Positions 17,910 through 27,683 of a stretch of DNA of 64,000 nt are shown one piece after another. The stretch lies in assembly GCA_048939625.1 (NCBI GenBank), contig JBHLPH010000006.1:48650-112649 (forward strand), read 5' to 3'. Source of the DNA: Promethearchaeota archaeon. Its GTDB lineage: Archaea > Asgardarchaeota > Hermodarchaeia > Hermodarchaeales > Hermodarchaeaceae. The translations under genes were made by a program, and so were the position numbers. Numbering within the stretch: position 1 is the stretch's first letter; each line of letters begins with the position of its first letter. The notes beneath the pieces are model-generated. The model saw only the letters and a list, made by a program, of their open reading frames with translations, did no database searches and was not told the DNA's origin.

Positions 17910-19202
17910 ATGTTGCTTGACGAATTAGAGAAAGATGGCTTAATTATAAACTTTAACAAGGTTCCTCAAACAAAACCCAAGCATCTGCCCAAAAAAGTTC
18001 TTATCTGGGATGAAACTCTCCGAGATGGTGAACAAACACCGGGAACAAGCCTTTTGATTGATGAAAAAATCGAAATTGCCAAGCTAATGGATGAAATGGG
18101 AATCCCTATTATCGCCGCCGGTTTTCCAGCAGTTTCAAAAGATGAGCAAGAGGTCGTTCGAAAACTTGCTGCAGAGGGCTTCAAACAAGCCAAACTTTGT
18201 GCTCCAGCTCGTGCAATCAAATCAGATATCGATATTGCCATTCAATCTGGAGCAGAAGAAGTTCCTATCTTCATTGCATTCAGTAATCTCCACTTGAAAT
18301 ACAAATTAAAAAAAACCCCAGAAGAGGTTCTCAACATCGTAACAGAATCTATTGAATATGCAAAAAAACATGGAGTCATTGTCGACTTTGTTAGCGAAGA
18401 CACTTCGCGTACTAGCATTGATAACACAGTAAAGATTTTTAAAACTGCAGTAGAGGCTGGTGCTGACCGCGTTGTAATTACCGATACTGTGGGCTTCCTT
18501 AGACCTGAATCGATGAGATATTTGATCTCCCAAATCAGGGACCGCCTCTATGAAGAGGTTAAACGGAACATTCCCCTCTCAATTCATAACCACAATGACT
18601 TTGGATTGGCTACCGCCAACACACTAGCTGCAATCGAAGAAGGCGTCACTATTCCCCACGTCTGTGTAGCAGGGTTTGGAGAACGTGCAGGCAACGCTCC
18701 TCTCGAGGAAGTCGTCATGGCATTAGAATTCCTCTATGGCGTGCAAACAGGCATCAAAACCGAAAAAATTCAAGAACTTGCTGATTTAGTTGCGCAATCG
18801 TTTGCTATCCTTCTTCCTGTTCATAAAGCAATCACTGGCGAAAACGCTTTTTCACATGAAGCTGGCATCCATGTTCATGGCATCCTCGCTCACCGGCTCA
18901 CATATGAGCCTATCCCCGCTGAAACGGTTGGACGCAAAACTGATTTTTACATGGGCAAACATACTGGGAGCCAGATTGTGAAAAAGAAACTCAAAGAGAA
19001 ACATATCAAAGCAACCGATGAGCAGATTAATCAAATTGTTTCCCGAGTTAAAGAAACACACAAACTTCGAGACAAAGTCGAAATGCTTCGACAAGTACAT
19101 AAAGCTGCAGAACTTCTCCGGGAAACCCGTCTGGGTTTGAAAGAAGACGAATTCTGGGATATCGTAAAAACGATTACTGGGAAAAATCCAAGAAGCAATT
19201 AA
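17910..19202 (+). CDS. DRE-TIM acetyl-CoA condensing enzyme (homocitrate/isopropylmalate/Re-citrate synthase family), lacking the LeuA regulatory domain
   Basis: DETLRDGEQTPG, HNHNDFG, GERAGNA, HEAGIH, MGKHTG. Confidence 0.85.
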   Translation: MLLDELEKDGLIINFNKVPQTKPKHLPKKVLIWDETLRDGEQTPGTSLLIDEKIEIAKLMDEMGIPIIAAGFPAVSKDEQEVVRKLAAEGFKQAKLCAPARAIKSDIDIAIQSGAEEVPIFIAFSNLHLKYKLKKTPEEVLNIVTESIEYAKKHGVIVDFVSEDTSRTSIDNTVKIFKTAVEAGADRVVITDTVGFLRPESMRYLISQIRDRLYEEVKRNIPLSIHNHNDFGLATANTLAAIEEGVTIPHVCVAGFGERAGNAPLEEVVMALEFLYGVQTGIKTEKIQELADLVAQSFAILLPVHKAITGENAFSHEAGIHVHGILAHRLTYEPIPAETVGRKTDFYMGKHTGSQIVKKKLKEKHIKATDEQINQIVSRVKETHKLRDKVEMLRQVHKAAELLRETRLGLKEDEFWDIVKTITGKNPRSN

Positions 19203-19243
19203 TCACAAATATCGTAGGTAAAGTAAAGAAACTCTCGAAAAAG

Positions 19244-19888
19244 GTGAATGAAATCCCATCAAAAAGAGAGAAACTCACCGGTGAGGCAGTCAAAAGCGTT
19301 GCGAATTTAATGGCAGCTGCTGCAACAACGGCACCCAAATCAAAAGGGTTCGATGATCTTACCATTGAAATTGTATCTGGAGTAACAATCGAACAAATAG
19401 CAAAAGAAATCCAAAAAATGCGACAAGAAGATCTCACAAGCCAAACATTTTGGTTTCTGGAACCTGACGCTGAAGCCGTTTTAGAAAGTGCTGCTATCTT
19501 CCTAATTGGTATTCGGGCTAGGCGTCCTCCACTAACCCTGGATTGCCAAGCCTGTGGCTTCGAAACCTGCGCTGATTATGAAGAAGCCATTCGTCAAAAC
19601 AAAACCACTGCTCTCTGTGCCTTTAAAATCCTAGATTTAGGCATCGCTCTCTCTTCTGCAATAACAGTAGCAGCCCAACACTTCATAGATAACCGGATGA
19701 TGTGGTCCGTTGGGATGGCTGCACAACGATTAGATCTAATAAAAGGCGACTTAGTCCTTGGAATTCCCTTAGCTGCAAAGGGTAGTAATCCCTTCTTTGA
19801 TCGTTACCTGCGATTTTTCCTTCAACGCGCCCGAGACCAAGGAAAAAATCTCACTCAAGTGCTTCGTGATCAAGGATTCAATGTTTAG
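19244..19888 (+). CDS. DUF2148-type ferredoxin-domain protein
   Basis: AAATTAPKSKGFD, DCQACGFETC, C...DLGIAL, DNRMMWSVG, NPFFDR. Confidence 0.75.
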   Translation: MNEIPSKREKLTGEAVKSVANLMAAAATTAPKSKGFDDLTIEIVSGVTIEQIAKEIQKMRQEDLTSQTFWFLEPDAEAVLESAAIFLIGIRARRPPLTLDCQACGFETCADYEEAIRQNKTTALCAFKILDLGIALSSAITVAAQHFIDNRMMWSVGMAAQRLDLIKGDLVLGIPLAAKGSNPFFDRYLRFFLQRARDQGKNLTQVLRDQGFNV

Positions 19889-20220
19889 AGCGAGCGGTCC
19901 CAAGATTCATCAAAGTTAGAATTTGTAACCAGCTGCTTAAGCATTCGAGAAATTCGACGACCTAGGACCGTTGCTGTAATAACACGTGCATCATCTTCTG
20001 AATGTTTGACTAGCTCGTTCTTCTCAAGCAACGAGACATGATGGGTTATCACAGCTGGTGAATCACCACCTGCCTGAGGCTGTAAAGATTTCAAATATTG
20101 TCGTAGCGCTTTATTCGTACCAAAATCACGATCAGATAAGAATTCTAATATTGCCACACGTGAAGGGTGAGTAATCGCTGAAAGTAAACCTCGAACCCTT
20201 TCAGAATACCAATTTGTCAT
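19885..20220 (-). CDS. ArsR-family winged-helix regulator, divergent from bzdN
   Basis: SAITHPSRVAILEFL, ITHHVSLLEKNELV, TVLG. Confidence 0.75.
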   Translation of the reverse strand: MTNWYSERVRGLLSAITHPSRVAILEFLSDRDFGTNKALRQYLKSLQPQAGGDSPAVITHHVSLLEKNELVKHSEDDARVITATVLGRRISRMLKQLVTNSNFDESWDRSL

Positions 20221-20278
20221 TAGATGAACTCCCTAATTATTTTGTGCATACATATAGCAGTTCTTTCCATTGAAGTTA

Positions 20279-20323
20279 AATGATATACCATCATTATAAA
20301 ACATTTTTGCAAAAACTCTTAAG
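20279..20323. promoter_or_regulatory. Candidate operator and promoter of the bzd operon
   Basis: AATGAT-N5-ATCATT (20279-20295), palindrome TTTTTGCAAAAA (20304-20315), then CTTAAG (20318-20323). Confidence 0.4.
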
Positions 20324-20387
20324 GAAATTATTCCCAGTACCGACCGAAGAAAAAACTCCTATCCAGTGCTTTGGCAGGAAGATCCCT

Positions 20388-21512
20388 ATGTTTGATAAAT
20401 TCAAAGAGTGGTACGAAAACCGTCACGACTATGCAAAGGCATGGAAAAAACAAACGGGCGGAAAAGTACTCGGTTATTTTTGCACTTATGTTCCAGAAGA
20501 GCTCATTATTGCAGCCGATATCCTTCCCGTTCGCATTTTAGGTAGCCACGAGGCACAAGATGTAACCGAGCCCCATATCTTTGGAATGTTTTGTCCCTTT
20601 TGCCGTGACTGTTTAGCTCAAGGTTTGAAAGGTCGATTTGATTACCTCAATGGCATCATGATTGCTCAATCGTGTCTTCATATACGCCAAACGTACAATA
20701 GCTGGGTCAAACACGTTCCACAAGAGTTCAGCTATTACATGTATATGCCCCATGGAATCCAAACCCCCCATGCCTATCCTTATTTGCGGGGTGAATTGGA
20801 AGAAGTCAAGAAAGCTTTGGAAAAATGGATAGGACGCTCCATTTCAGACAAAGACATAGATCGGGGCATTGAGGTGATGAACAAAAATCGACAATTAATG
20901 AAACAAATCTATGAGTTTCGGAAACAGGACAATCCACCGCTGACCGGGCTCGAAGCGATGTACATGGTTGTTTCCAGTCAAATGGTCGATAAAGAGGAGC
21001 ACAATCAAGCACTAGAAGCCGTGCTCAAAGAACTACCCAATCGAAAACTTGACAGAAACACAGGAACCCGCCTTATGATTATCGGTAGTGAAGACGACGA
21101 TACAGAATTCGTGAAAATGGTTGAGTCGTTAGATTCTACACTGGTCGTTGATGAACACTGTACAGGCACCCGATACTTCTGGAACAAGGTTGAACCCCAA
21201 GAAGATCGATTAGCTGCCTTAGCTATACGATACATTGATCGACCTCCTTGTCCCAGTAAGGATTGGCCTGATCGAAGACGATTCCCACACATTTTGCAAA
21301 TGGCTAAAGATTACAACGTTCAGGGAGCTCTTGTTATTCAACAGAAATTCTGTGATCCCCATGAATTAGACATGCCATCATTGAGAGCAATGCTCGAAGA
21401 AAATGGTATTCCAACCTATTTCTTAGAATTTGATGTAACCGTGCCAATTGGACAGTTTAAGACACGCGTTGAAGCGTTTCTGGAAACGTTTGCACTCCCC
21501 GATCTGTTTTAG
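20388..21512 (+). CDS. bzdN: Benzoyl-CoA reductase, Bzd type, subunit N
   Basis: GYFCTYVPEE, HIFGMFCPFCRDCLAQGL, RPPCPSKDWP, QQKFCDPHE, FDVTVPIGQFKTRVEAFLE. Confidence 0.9.
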   Translation: MFDKFKEWYENRHDYAKAWKKQTGGKVLGYFCTYVPEELIIAADILPVRILGSHEAQDVTEPHIFGMFCPFCRDCLAQGLKGRFDYLNGIMIAQSCLHIRQTYNSWVKHVPQEFSYYMYMPHGIQTPHAYPYLRGELEEVKKALEKWIGRSISDKDIDRGIEVMNKNRQLMKQIYEFRKQDNPPLTGLEAMYMVVSSQMVDKEEHNQALEAVLKELPNRKLDRNTGTRLMIIGSEDDDTEFVKMVESLDSTLVVDEHCTGTRYFWNKVEPQEDRLAALAIRYIDRPPCPSKDWPDRRRFPHILQMAKDYNVQGALVIQQKFCDPHELDMPSLRAMLEENGIPTYFLEFDVTVPIGQFKTRVEAFLETFALPDLF

Positions 21513-22820
21513 GTGATGAAAATGACTGAGAATAAATATCAAACGAAACCTTTGGATATCTGGAATGAAGGGAAAGCTCTACGACAGCAATACTATGAGA
21601 ATTATGCAAAAGCTCATGAAAAAAGGGGAATCCGGTGGGCAGGTGGGGCCTGGGCTTATAGTGCGGTTCCCGCTGGTCTAGGTGACGATGTGTGGAGCCT
21701 CACTGGTGAACCATATGGGGCATCAGTTGCGTTCAACAAAGAATTCGCAGCTAAATGCCAAGAAGCGATAGAAGCGAAAGGATTTGCTCGAGATTTATGT
21801 GCGTATTTGAGAAATTATCTTGGTTCAGTTGTATTAGATAAATACGTTTTCGGTGGCAAATTTCCCAAACCAGATTTCATGTGGACAACTCATATTTGTT
21901 GTAGTCACGCGAAATGGTACCAAATCGCTAGCGACCTAGAAGGCGGTATACCCTTCTTCTGCATTGATGTAAGCACAGGATTATTTCAGGATTTCAACGA
22001 ACGGCGTCGAGAGTACGTGGTTAATCAATTGCTGGATGGCATCGATTGGCTCGAAAAGACCACTGGTCGAGACTATGATGATGAAAAACTAATCCAAGCA
22101 GTCTACAACGAATGTGAGGCAACCGCTCTTTGGGCAGAGATTTGCGTATTGAACAAAACCATTCCAGCACCTCTCGATGAGAAGACAATGTATTCACTCT
22201 ATGTGTTTGGAACCATTATGAAACATCGCCCCGAAGTTGTTGCATTCTATAAAAAGCTTCGTGACGAAGTTCAAGATCGAGTCGATAACAAAATCGCAGC
22301 AGTAGGTAATGAACAACGCCGGGTCATTACGGACACCCAACCCCCTTGGGGCTTCCTCGAGGTTTTTCGATACCTTGAATCATATGGTGTGGTGTCAGTA
22401 GGATCGCTTTACACTTTTGCATTGATTGGGGCATGGGAAGTGAAAGACGATGGAACTTGGGGCCCCAGAACAACCCCTCAGGAGCAAGGAATTGACATTA
22501 CAACCAGAAAGCAAGCACTTGAGGTTTTAGCTGATTGGACCCATTCTCGACCTGAATGGCAGCATTTCTATTCCGCCCATGAAAAAAGCGACATGATGCT
22601 CCGCATTGTACGAGAATGGAACGTTGATGGCGTTATGTTGCATTACAATCGTGGATGTGAAGGTTTATCATTGAATATCGCAGAGAACCGCCTCGCTTTC
22701 AAAGAAGCAGGCATCCCTGTTCTTCCCTTCGAAGGTAACATGGGTGATGAACGAGAGTTCGACTTAGAACGCACCAAGAAGGCCGTGGATTCCTTCTTGG
22801 AATTATTAGGAGTCAAATAG
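21513..22820 (+). CDS. bzdO: Benzoyl-CoA reductase, Bzd type, subunit O
   Basis: [56 protein letters not shown]. Confidence 0.9.
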   Translation: MMKMTENKYQTKPLDIWNEGKALRQQYYENYAKAHEKRGIRWAGGAWAYSAVPAGLGDDVWSLTGEPYGASVAFNKEFAAKCQEAIEAKGFARDLCAYLRNYLGSVVLDKYVFGGKFPKPDFMWTTHICCSHAKWYQIASDLEGGIPFFCIDVSTGLFQDFNERRREYVVNQLLDGIDWLEKTTGRDYDDEKLIQAVYNECEATALWAEICVLNKTIPAPLDEKTMYSLYVFGTIMKHRPEVVAFYKKLRDEVQDRVDNKIAAVGNEQRRVITDTQPPWGFLEVFRYLESYGVVSVGSLYTFALIGAWEVKDDGTWGPRTTPQEQGIDITTRKQALEVLADWTHSRPEWQHFYSAHEKSDMMLRIVREWNVDGVMLHYNRGCEGLSLNIAENRLAFKEAGIPVLPFEGNMGDEREFDLERTKKAVDSFLELLGVK

Positions 22821-22833
22821 GAGGTAGACAAAA

Positions 22834-23610
22834 ATGATTACTGCAGGAATTGACTTTGGCGCAAAGAACGTGAAAGTCGTCATCCTCAATGATGGTAAGA
22901 TAGTTGGAAAGGGAACTGCACTAACAGGCTTTGATTTGAAAATTGCAGCTAAAGATGCCTCAGAGATGGCTCTCAAGGCAGCAGGATTAAAACTCGAAGA
23001 CATTGCACACATCACAGAAACCGGAATTGGTCAAGGATCAGTTGAGTTTGCTAAGGATAGTATCAGCGAAGTCGGAGCAAATGCAAAAGCAGGCATCAAA
23101 TTGTTATCATCAGCCCGGACCATTATTGATGTAGGAGCAGAGGAAGCTCGGGCAGTCAAATGTAATGAATCCGGTGCTATGGAAGACTTTGTCGTGAATG
23201 AACGATGTGCTGCGGGAGCAGGTGCATTCGTTGAAGCTATGTCACGTGCACTCGAAGTTGAACTAGAGAAAATAGGTCCAATGTCTTTAGAAGCCACTGA
23301 AGCAGTTCCTATGAATGCTCAATGTACTGTTTTCGCTGAATCAGAGGTGGTATCATTAATTCATGCTAAGACACCAAAGGCGAACATCGCCCGTGCAATA
23401 CACGATGCGATTGCTGAACGCGTAGTCTCGATGGTGCGAAGGTTGGGGATAACAGAAGACGTCCTCTTGGTTGGAGGATTAGCCTATGATGTTGGCTTCG
23501 TCGATTCAATGAAACGAGGATTAGGCACGGAGGTTCACGTACCCGAGTCTCCCGAATATGTGAGTGCCTATGGCGCTGCCCTAGTGGCCCAAGAAAGAGC
23601 AAAGAAGTGA
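22834..23610 (+). CDS. bzdP: Benzoyl-CoA reductase ATPase/activase subunit P (ASKHA)
   Basis: ITAGIDFG, DVGAEEARA, NERCAAGAG, MNAQCTVFAESE. Confidence 0.85.
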   Translation: MITAGIDFGAKNVKVVILNDGKIVGKGTALTGFDLKIAAKDASEMALKAAGLKLEDIAHITETGIGQGSVEFAKDSISEVGANAKAGIKLLSSARTIIDVGAEEARAVKCNESGAMEDFVVNERCAAGAGAFVEAMSRALEVELEKIGPMSLEATEAVPMNAQCTVFAESEVVSLIHAKTPKANIARAIHDAIAERVVSMVRRLGITEDVLLVGGLAYDVGFVDSMKRGLGTEVHVPESPEYVSAYGAALVAQERAKK

Positions 23611-24506
23611 TGAAAATGACAAAAAAGGAATTTTGGAGATGGCCTGAATATCGTCATACCGTTGAGGGCATCGACCCTAAGAAAGGGAAGGTGATTAGTG
23701 GAGGAGTTGATATTGGGTCTGTTAGTTCAAAGACGGTGATCATGGTTGATGGAGAAGTCTTTGCACAAAGCGTCATGCGAACCGGGTCCAGTAGTCCTGA
23801 TAGTGCTGAACGGACGATGAACTGGGCTCTGGAGGATACCGGACTTACCCTCAAAGACGTTCAATATGTTGTGGGAACGGGTTATGGTCGGGTCAATATT
23901 CCCTTTGCACAAAAAGCCATAACAGAAATCGCATGCCATGGACGAGGAGCAACCTTCATGTGGGGACCCACGGTCCGAACTGTTCTGGATATGGGAGGTC
24001 AGGATTGCAAAGCCATTCGCGTTGATGAAAAAGGAAAGGTTCAAAACTTTCTCATGAATGATAAATGCGCAGCAGGAACTGGTCGCGGCATGGAAGTATT
24101 TGCTGATTTATTATCGGTTCCCATTCAAGAAGTCGGAGATCGGTCCTTTGCGGTAAAAGAAGAACCCCAATCCGTGAGTAGCACTTGTGTAGTATTTGCC
24201 AAGTCAGAAGCTGTTGGACTGCTTCGCAGTGGATGGTCTAAAGACGAGGTTCTCGCCGCTTATTGCCAAGCCATGGCTCATCGAGTTGTTGACCTGCTAA
24301 ATCGAGTAGGCGTTGAGAAAGAATTTGTCATTACTGGTGGGATTGCCAAAAATATCGGAATAGTTAAACGCGTTGAAAAAGAGCTAGGAATTCAAGCTCT
24401 CAAACCAGACCAATGGCGCGATGACCCACGATTTGACCCTATGCTAGCAGGGGCTGCAGGAGCAGCGCTATTTGCCAGAGTACTCTATGAACGCTCCCAA
24501 GGGTAA
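23607..24506 (+). CDS. bzdQ: Benzoyl-CoA reductase ATPase subunit Q
   Basis: N-terminal EFWRWPE, GVDIGSVSS, TGYGR, DMGGQD, MNDKCAAGTGRG, SSTCVVFAKSE. Confidence 0.9.
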   Translation: MMKMTKKEFWRWPEYRHTVEGIDPKKGKVISGGVDIGSVSSKTVIMVDGEVFAQSVMRTGSSSPDSAERTMNWALEDTGLTLKDVQYVVGTGYGRVNIPFAQKAITEIACHGRGATFMWGPTVRTVLDMGGQDCKAIRVDEKGKVQNFLMNDKCAAGTGRGMEVFADLLSVPIQEVGDRSFAVKEEPQSVSSTCVVFAKSEAVGLLRSGWSKDEVLAAYCQAMAHRVVDLLNRVGVEKEFVITGGIAKNIGIVKRVEKELGIQALKPDQWRDDPRFDPMLAGAAGAALFARVLYERSQG

Positions 24507-24521
24507 AGCTAGATCATCTAG

Positions 24522-24839
24522 GTGAAAGTGTTGATTGCAAATTACGGGTATAAGGATGGTTCCGGGGAATATTTCATAACGCTGGATACGGACAAATGTG
24601 ATGGGTGCGGGAAATGCGTGGATATTTGTCCCGAATTTGTACTAGAAGTAATTCCAAACGAGTTTGATATCGAAGATGGCAACATTATGGGTGTCCGAGA
24701 GGAACATCGACACAAACTCAAATACAGTTGTGCCCCATGTAAATCAACAAGCGCAGACGTCCAACCACCTTGTGCTAATGTTTGCCCAACCCAAGCAATC
24801 ACTCATTTCCTTAGTAACGCAAAAGGACAGGTCCTCTAG
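24522..24839 (+). CDS. 2[4Fe-4S] ferredoxin (BzdM-like), likely electron donor to BCR
   Basis: IANYGYKDGSGEYFITLDTDKCDGCGKCVDICP ... CAPCK...PPCANVCP. Confidence 0.8.
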   Translation: MKVLIANYGYKDGSGEYFITLDTDKCDGCGKCVDICPEFVLEVIPNEFDIEDGNIMGVREEHRHKLKYSCAPCKSTSADVQPPCANVCPTQAITHFLSNAKGQVL

Positions 24840-24905
24840 TCACGATACAATCGTTATTAATTCCATATTTCCTGTTCCCGAGAACCACCAAGAAGGTAGA
24901 ACCCG

Positions 24906-27416
24906 ATGGTTAAACTGACAATAAATGGAATTGAAGCGGAGGTTGATGAAGGGTCAAATATCCTTACTGCCGCGGAATCTGTGGATGTGTACATTCCTCG
25001 CTTGTGTTATCACCCGGATTTAGCATCAGGTGTAGGAACGAAGACCACAGATAGCATCTTCCGAGGTAGTCAAGAAATCAAGCACATTGGAGGGGAGATA
25101 GAATATGAGGGGTGTGGTCTATGTGCAGTTGAAATCGAAGGACGAGATGGGATTTACCAAGCTTGTGATACCCAAGTTGAGGAAGGAATGGTTGTACTCA
25201 TTGATACGCCAGAAATAATAGCTCACCGTCAAGAGAAGTTGTCATCAATACTAGCCTCTCACCCACATGCCTGTTTAACCTGTGCACAACGAGAAGGTTG
25301 TGCTCGTGAACCATGCCCACCTAATGTGCCAGTTGATGAAAGGTGTTGTGAGAAGTTTGGACGATGTGAGCTTCAGAAAGTTGCAGAATTCGTTGGGATC
25401 AAAGGAGATACGCCTCGTTACATTCCCCAGAAACTTCCTAAACTCGAAAATGAACCTTTGATCATCCGAGATTACAATTTGTGTATAGGTTGCACTCGCT
25501 GTATCAGAGCTTGTAGTGACCTTCGTGGTGTTGATGCATTAGGGATGGTTTTTGATGGTGAGAAGTTAATCGTTGGATCGATTGCTCAAAGCCTAGGCGA
25601 ATCTGGCTGCAAATTCTGTGGGGCCTGTATTGAAGTTTGTCCCACTGGTGCTCTATTAGATCAGGAAGTTATCTGGGCTAATCGAGAATTAGCCTTGTTA
25701 CCCTGCGTCAATAACTGCCCATTAGAGATTGATATTCCGCGGTACCTCAGATTGGTAGTTGCAGGCGATTACACGCAAGCTACAGCTGTAATTAGAGAAA
25801 AGGCAGCTCTTCCATCCGTGTTAGCCCATGTTTGCCATCATCCTTGTGAAGAGAAATGCCGTCGAACTGACCTTAATGGTGCTTTGTGTATTTTGAGTCT
25901 CAAACGTACAGCCGTTGAGAATGATACAGGCCAGTGGCAATCTAATTTATCGAATCTATCTTCAACAGGAAAACAGGTTGCAATTGTTGGCTCGGGACCC
26001 ACTGGATTAAGCGCTGCTTTCTACCTCGCGCGATTGGGGTATGATGTCACCATCTTTGAAGAACATCCGGAGCCAGGAGGAATGCTTCGTTTTGGAATAC
26101 CAACCTATCGACTCCCTCGCACGGTGTTGGATGCTGACATTCAAGTTCTAACCAAGATGGGTGTGAAAATTAAAACTAAAACTCCTATCGGTGATGACAT
26201 TTCAGTTACTCAACTAAAAAACAACTTTGATGCTGTTTTACTTGCCATCGGAATGCAAGCTGGTAAAAGCTTAATGATCGATGGTCATGATCTTCTCGGA
26301 GTACATGGGGGATTGGAATTCCTGAAAAAAGTGAATTCAGGAGAAAAGCCAGATCTTGGTAAAGAAGTTATTGTAGTGGGTGGTGGAAGCGTGGCAGTTG
26401 ATGTTGCGCGGACATCCATTCGATTGGGTGCTGAGAAAGTTATGCTTACCTGTCTAGAGACAGATGAGGAAATGCCTGCGCATGAATGGGAAATCTCTGA
26501 GGCCGCGGAAGAAGGTGTAGTGTTTCATACTGCGTGGGGACCTCAGAGAATTCTTGGTGAAAAGGGCAGGGTCGTTGGTGTGGAATTGGTCAGGTGTACT
26601 TGTGTATTCGATGAGGAAGGTTGTTTCAATCCCAGTTTTGATGAAGAAACTACGCAGACTATCACAGCGGATACCGTGTTCTTTGCAATTGGTCAGTCAG
26701 TTGATTTATCGAAAATCAGTCTAGGGAGTGATTTGAAACAAACAGAAGTTGGAACCTTATGGACTAAGGAAAACAGTTGGGAAACACAAGTGAGCGGGAT
26801 ATTTGCTGCTGGAGATGTAGCAACAGGACCAAGCTCCGTAGTTGAAGCGATGGCAACCGGTCGTCAAGCCGCTTCACAGATTGATACATTCTTGGGCGGA
26901 AGTGGCATGCTTCATGAGGAATTAGCAGGCGATTTGAAAATCACCCACCATTTAGGACGTGATGAGGATTTCTACAAATGGAATCGAGCTGAATTACCAT
27001 TACTGGCTTTAGAAAACCGAAAGTCGTCCTTTGAGGAGGTTGAGCTAGCCGTTCCGCTAGAAACTGCACAAAAAGAAGCTCTGCGCTGTCTTCAATGTGA
27101 CCTACGCCTGTTATTGACTCCACCATCTTTGCCTCCTGAAGCATGGCTTATCTTTGACGAGGCACACATTGAACAAGTGCCATCAGGGCCCGGCGTATTT
27201 ATGTTAGCCGACTCAGAAAAGACGGTCCTAATTATCAAGGGTACTGAGGAACTTCAAACGGCATTGAAAGAAAAGTTAACCCACCAACCTGCTGCTAAAT
27301 TCTTCCAATTTGAAGAAGACCCCATGTACACAAAGCGAGAAACCGAACTGCTCCAACAGTATGTTCAAGATCATGGTAAAATGCCAGGAGAAGATGAGCT
27401 TGATGACTTATTTTAA
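24906..27416 (+). CDS. bzdV: BzdV-like Fe-S/FAD NAD(P)H:ferredoxin oxidoreductase
   Basis: NuoG-like N-terminus (IPRLCYHP, CIGCTRC, CKFCGAC), GltD-like core (VGSGPTG, GGGSVA, GDVATGP, RCLQCD), C-terminal PSGPGVF domain. Confidence 0.75.
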   Translation: MVKLTINGIEAEVDEGSNILTAAESVDVYIPRLCYHPDLASGVGTKTTDSIFRGSQEIKHIGGEIEYEGCGLCAVEIEGRDGIYQACDTQVEEGMVVLIDTPEIIAHRQEKLSSILASHPHACLTCAQREGCAREPCPPNVPVDERCCEKFGRCELQKVAEFVGIKGDTPRYIPQKLPKLENEPLIIRDYNLCIGCTRCIRACSDLRGVDALGMVFDGEKLIVGSIAQSLGESGCKFCGACIEVCPTGALLDQEVIWANRELALLPCVNNCPLEIDIPRYLRLVVAGDYTQATAVIREKAALPSVLAHVCHHPCEEKCRRTDLNGALCILSLKRTAVENDTGQWQSNLSNLSSTGKQVAIVGSGPTGLSAAFYLARLGYDVTIFEEHPEPGGMLRFGIPTYRLPRTVLDADIQVLTKMGVKIKTKTPIGDDISVTQLKNNFDAVLLAIGMQAGKSLMIDGHDLLGVHGGLEFLKKVNSGEKPDLGKEVIVVGGGSVAVDVARTSIRLGAEKVMLTCLETDEEMPAHEWEISEAAEEGVVFHTAWGPQRILGEKGRVVGVELVRCTCVFDEEGCFNPSFDEETTQTITADTVFFAIGQSVDLSKISLGSDLKQTEVGTLWTKENSWETQVSGIFAAGDVATGPSSVVEAMATGRQAASQIDTFLGGSGMLHEELAGDLKITHHLGRDEDFYKWNRAELPLLALENRKSSFEEVELAVPLETAQKEALRCLQCDLRLLLTPPSLPPEAWLIFDEAHIEQVPSGPGVFMLADSEKTVLIIKGTEELQTALKEKLTHQPAAKFFQFEEDPMYTKRETELLQQYVQDHGKMPGEDELDDLF

Positions 27417-27436
27417 TTGCTCTGAAAATAACTGGG

Positions 27437-27664
27437 GTGCTTTCAATGATGAATCTATCAGATAAAGAGCTAGAACAACAAGGGTGGGAGAAACGGTTCA
27501 GTGTCGAAGAACATCGTGCTGAAGAATACAAAGCGCATTATGAAGAATTAGGCTTCGAAGTTCTGATCTTACCAACTGCGGAGGTTGAGACAGACAGAAT
27601 CTGTAATGAGTGTATTCAGTCTGAAACATGTTCCCTTGTAACAATCTTCACAAGACCCAAATGA
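27437..27664 (+). CDS. Small conserved-type protein with CxxC
   Basis: GWEKRF...YEELGFEV...CNEC...TIFTRPK; directly downstream of bzdV. Confidence 0.7.
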   Translation: MLSMMNLSDKELEQQGWEKRFSVEEHRAEEYKAHYEELGFEVLILPTAEVETDRICNECIQSETCSLVTIFTRPK

Positions 27665-27683
27665 ATGGCGTATCTTGTTACTT

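Noticed and set aside
20388-24506. 2-hydroxyacyl-CoA dehydratase plus activator
   Set aside because: Two distinct ATPase subunits, Bzd-specific motifs and linkage to dch/had/oah favour BCR
27130-27416. GIY-YIG-like nuclease fused to the oxidoreductase
   Set aside because: PGVF resembles the UvrC N-terminus, but the YIG motif is not retained; treated as the C-terminal domain of a BzdV-type protein
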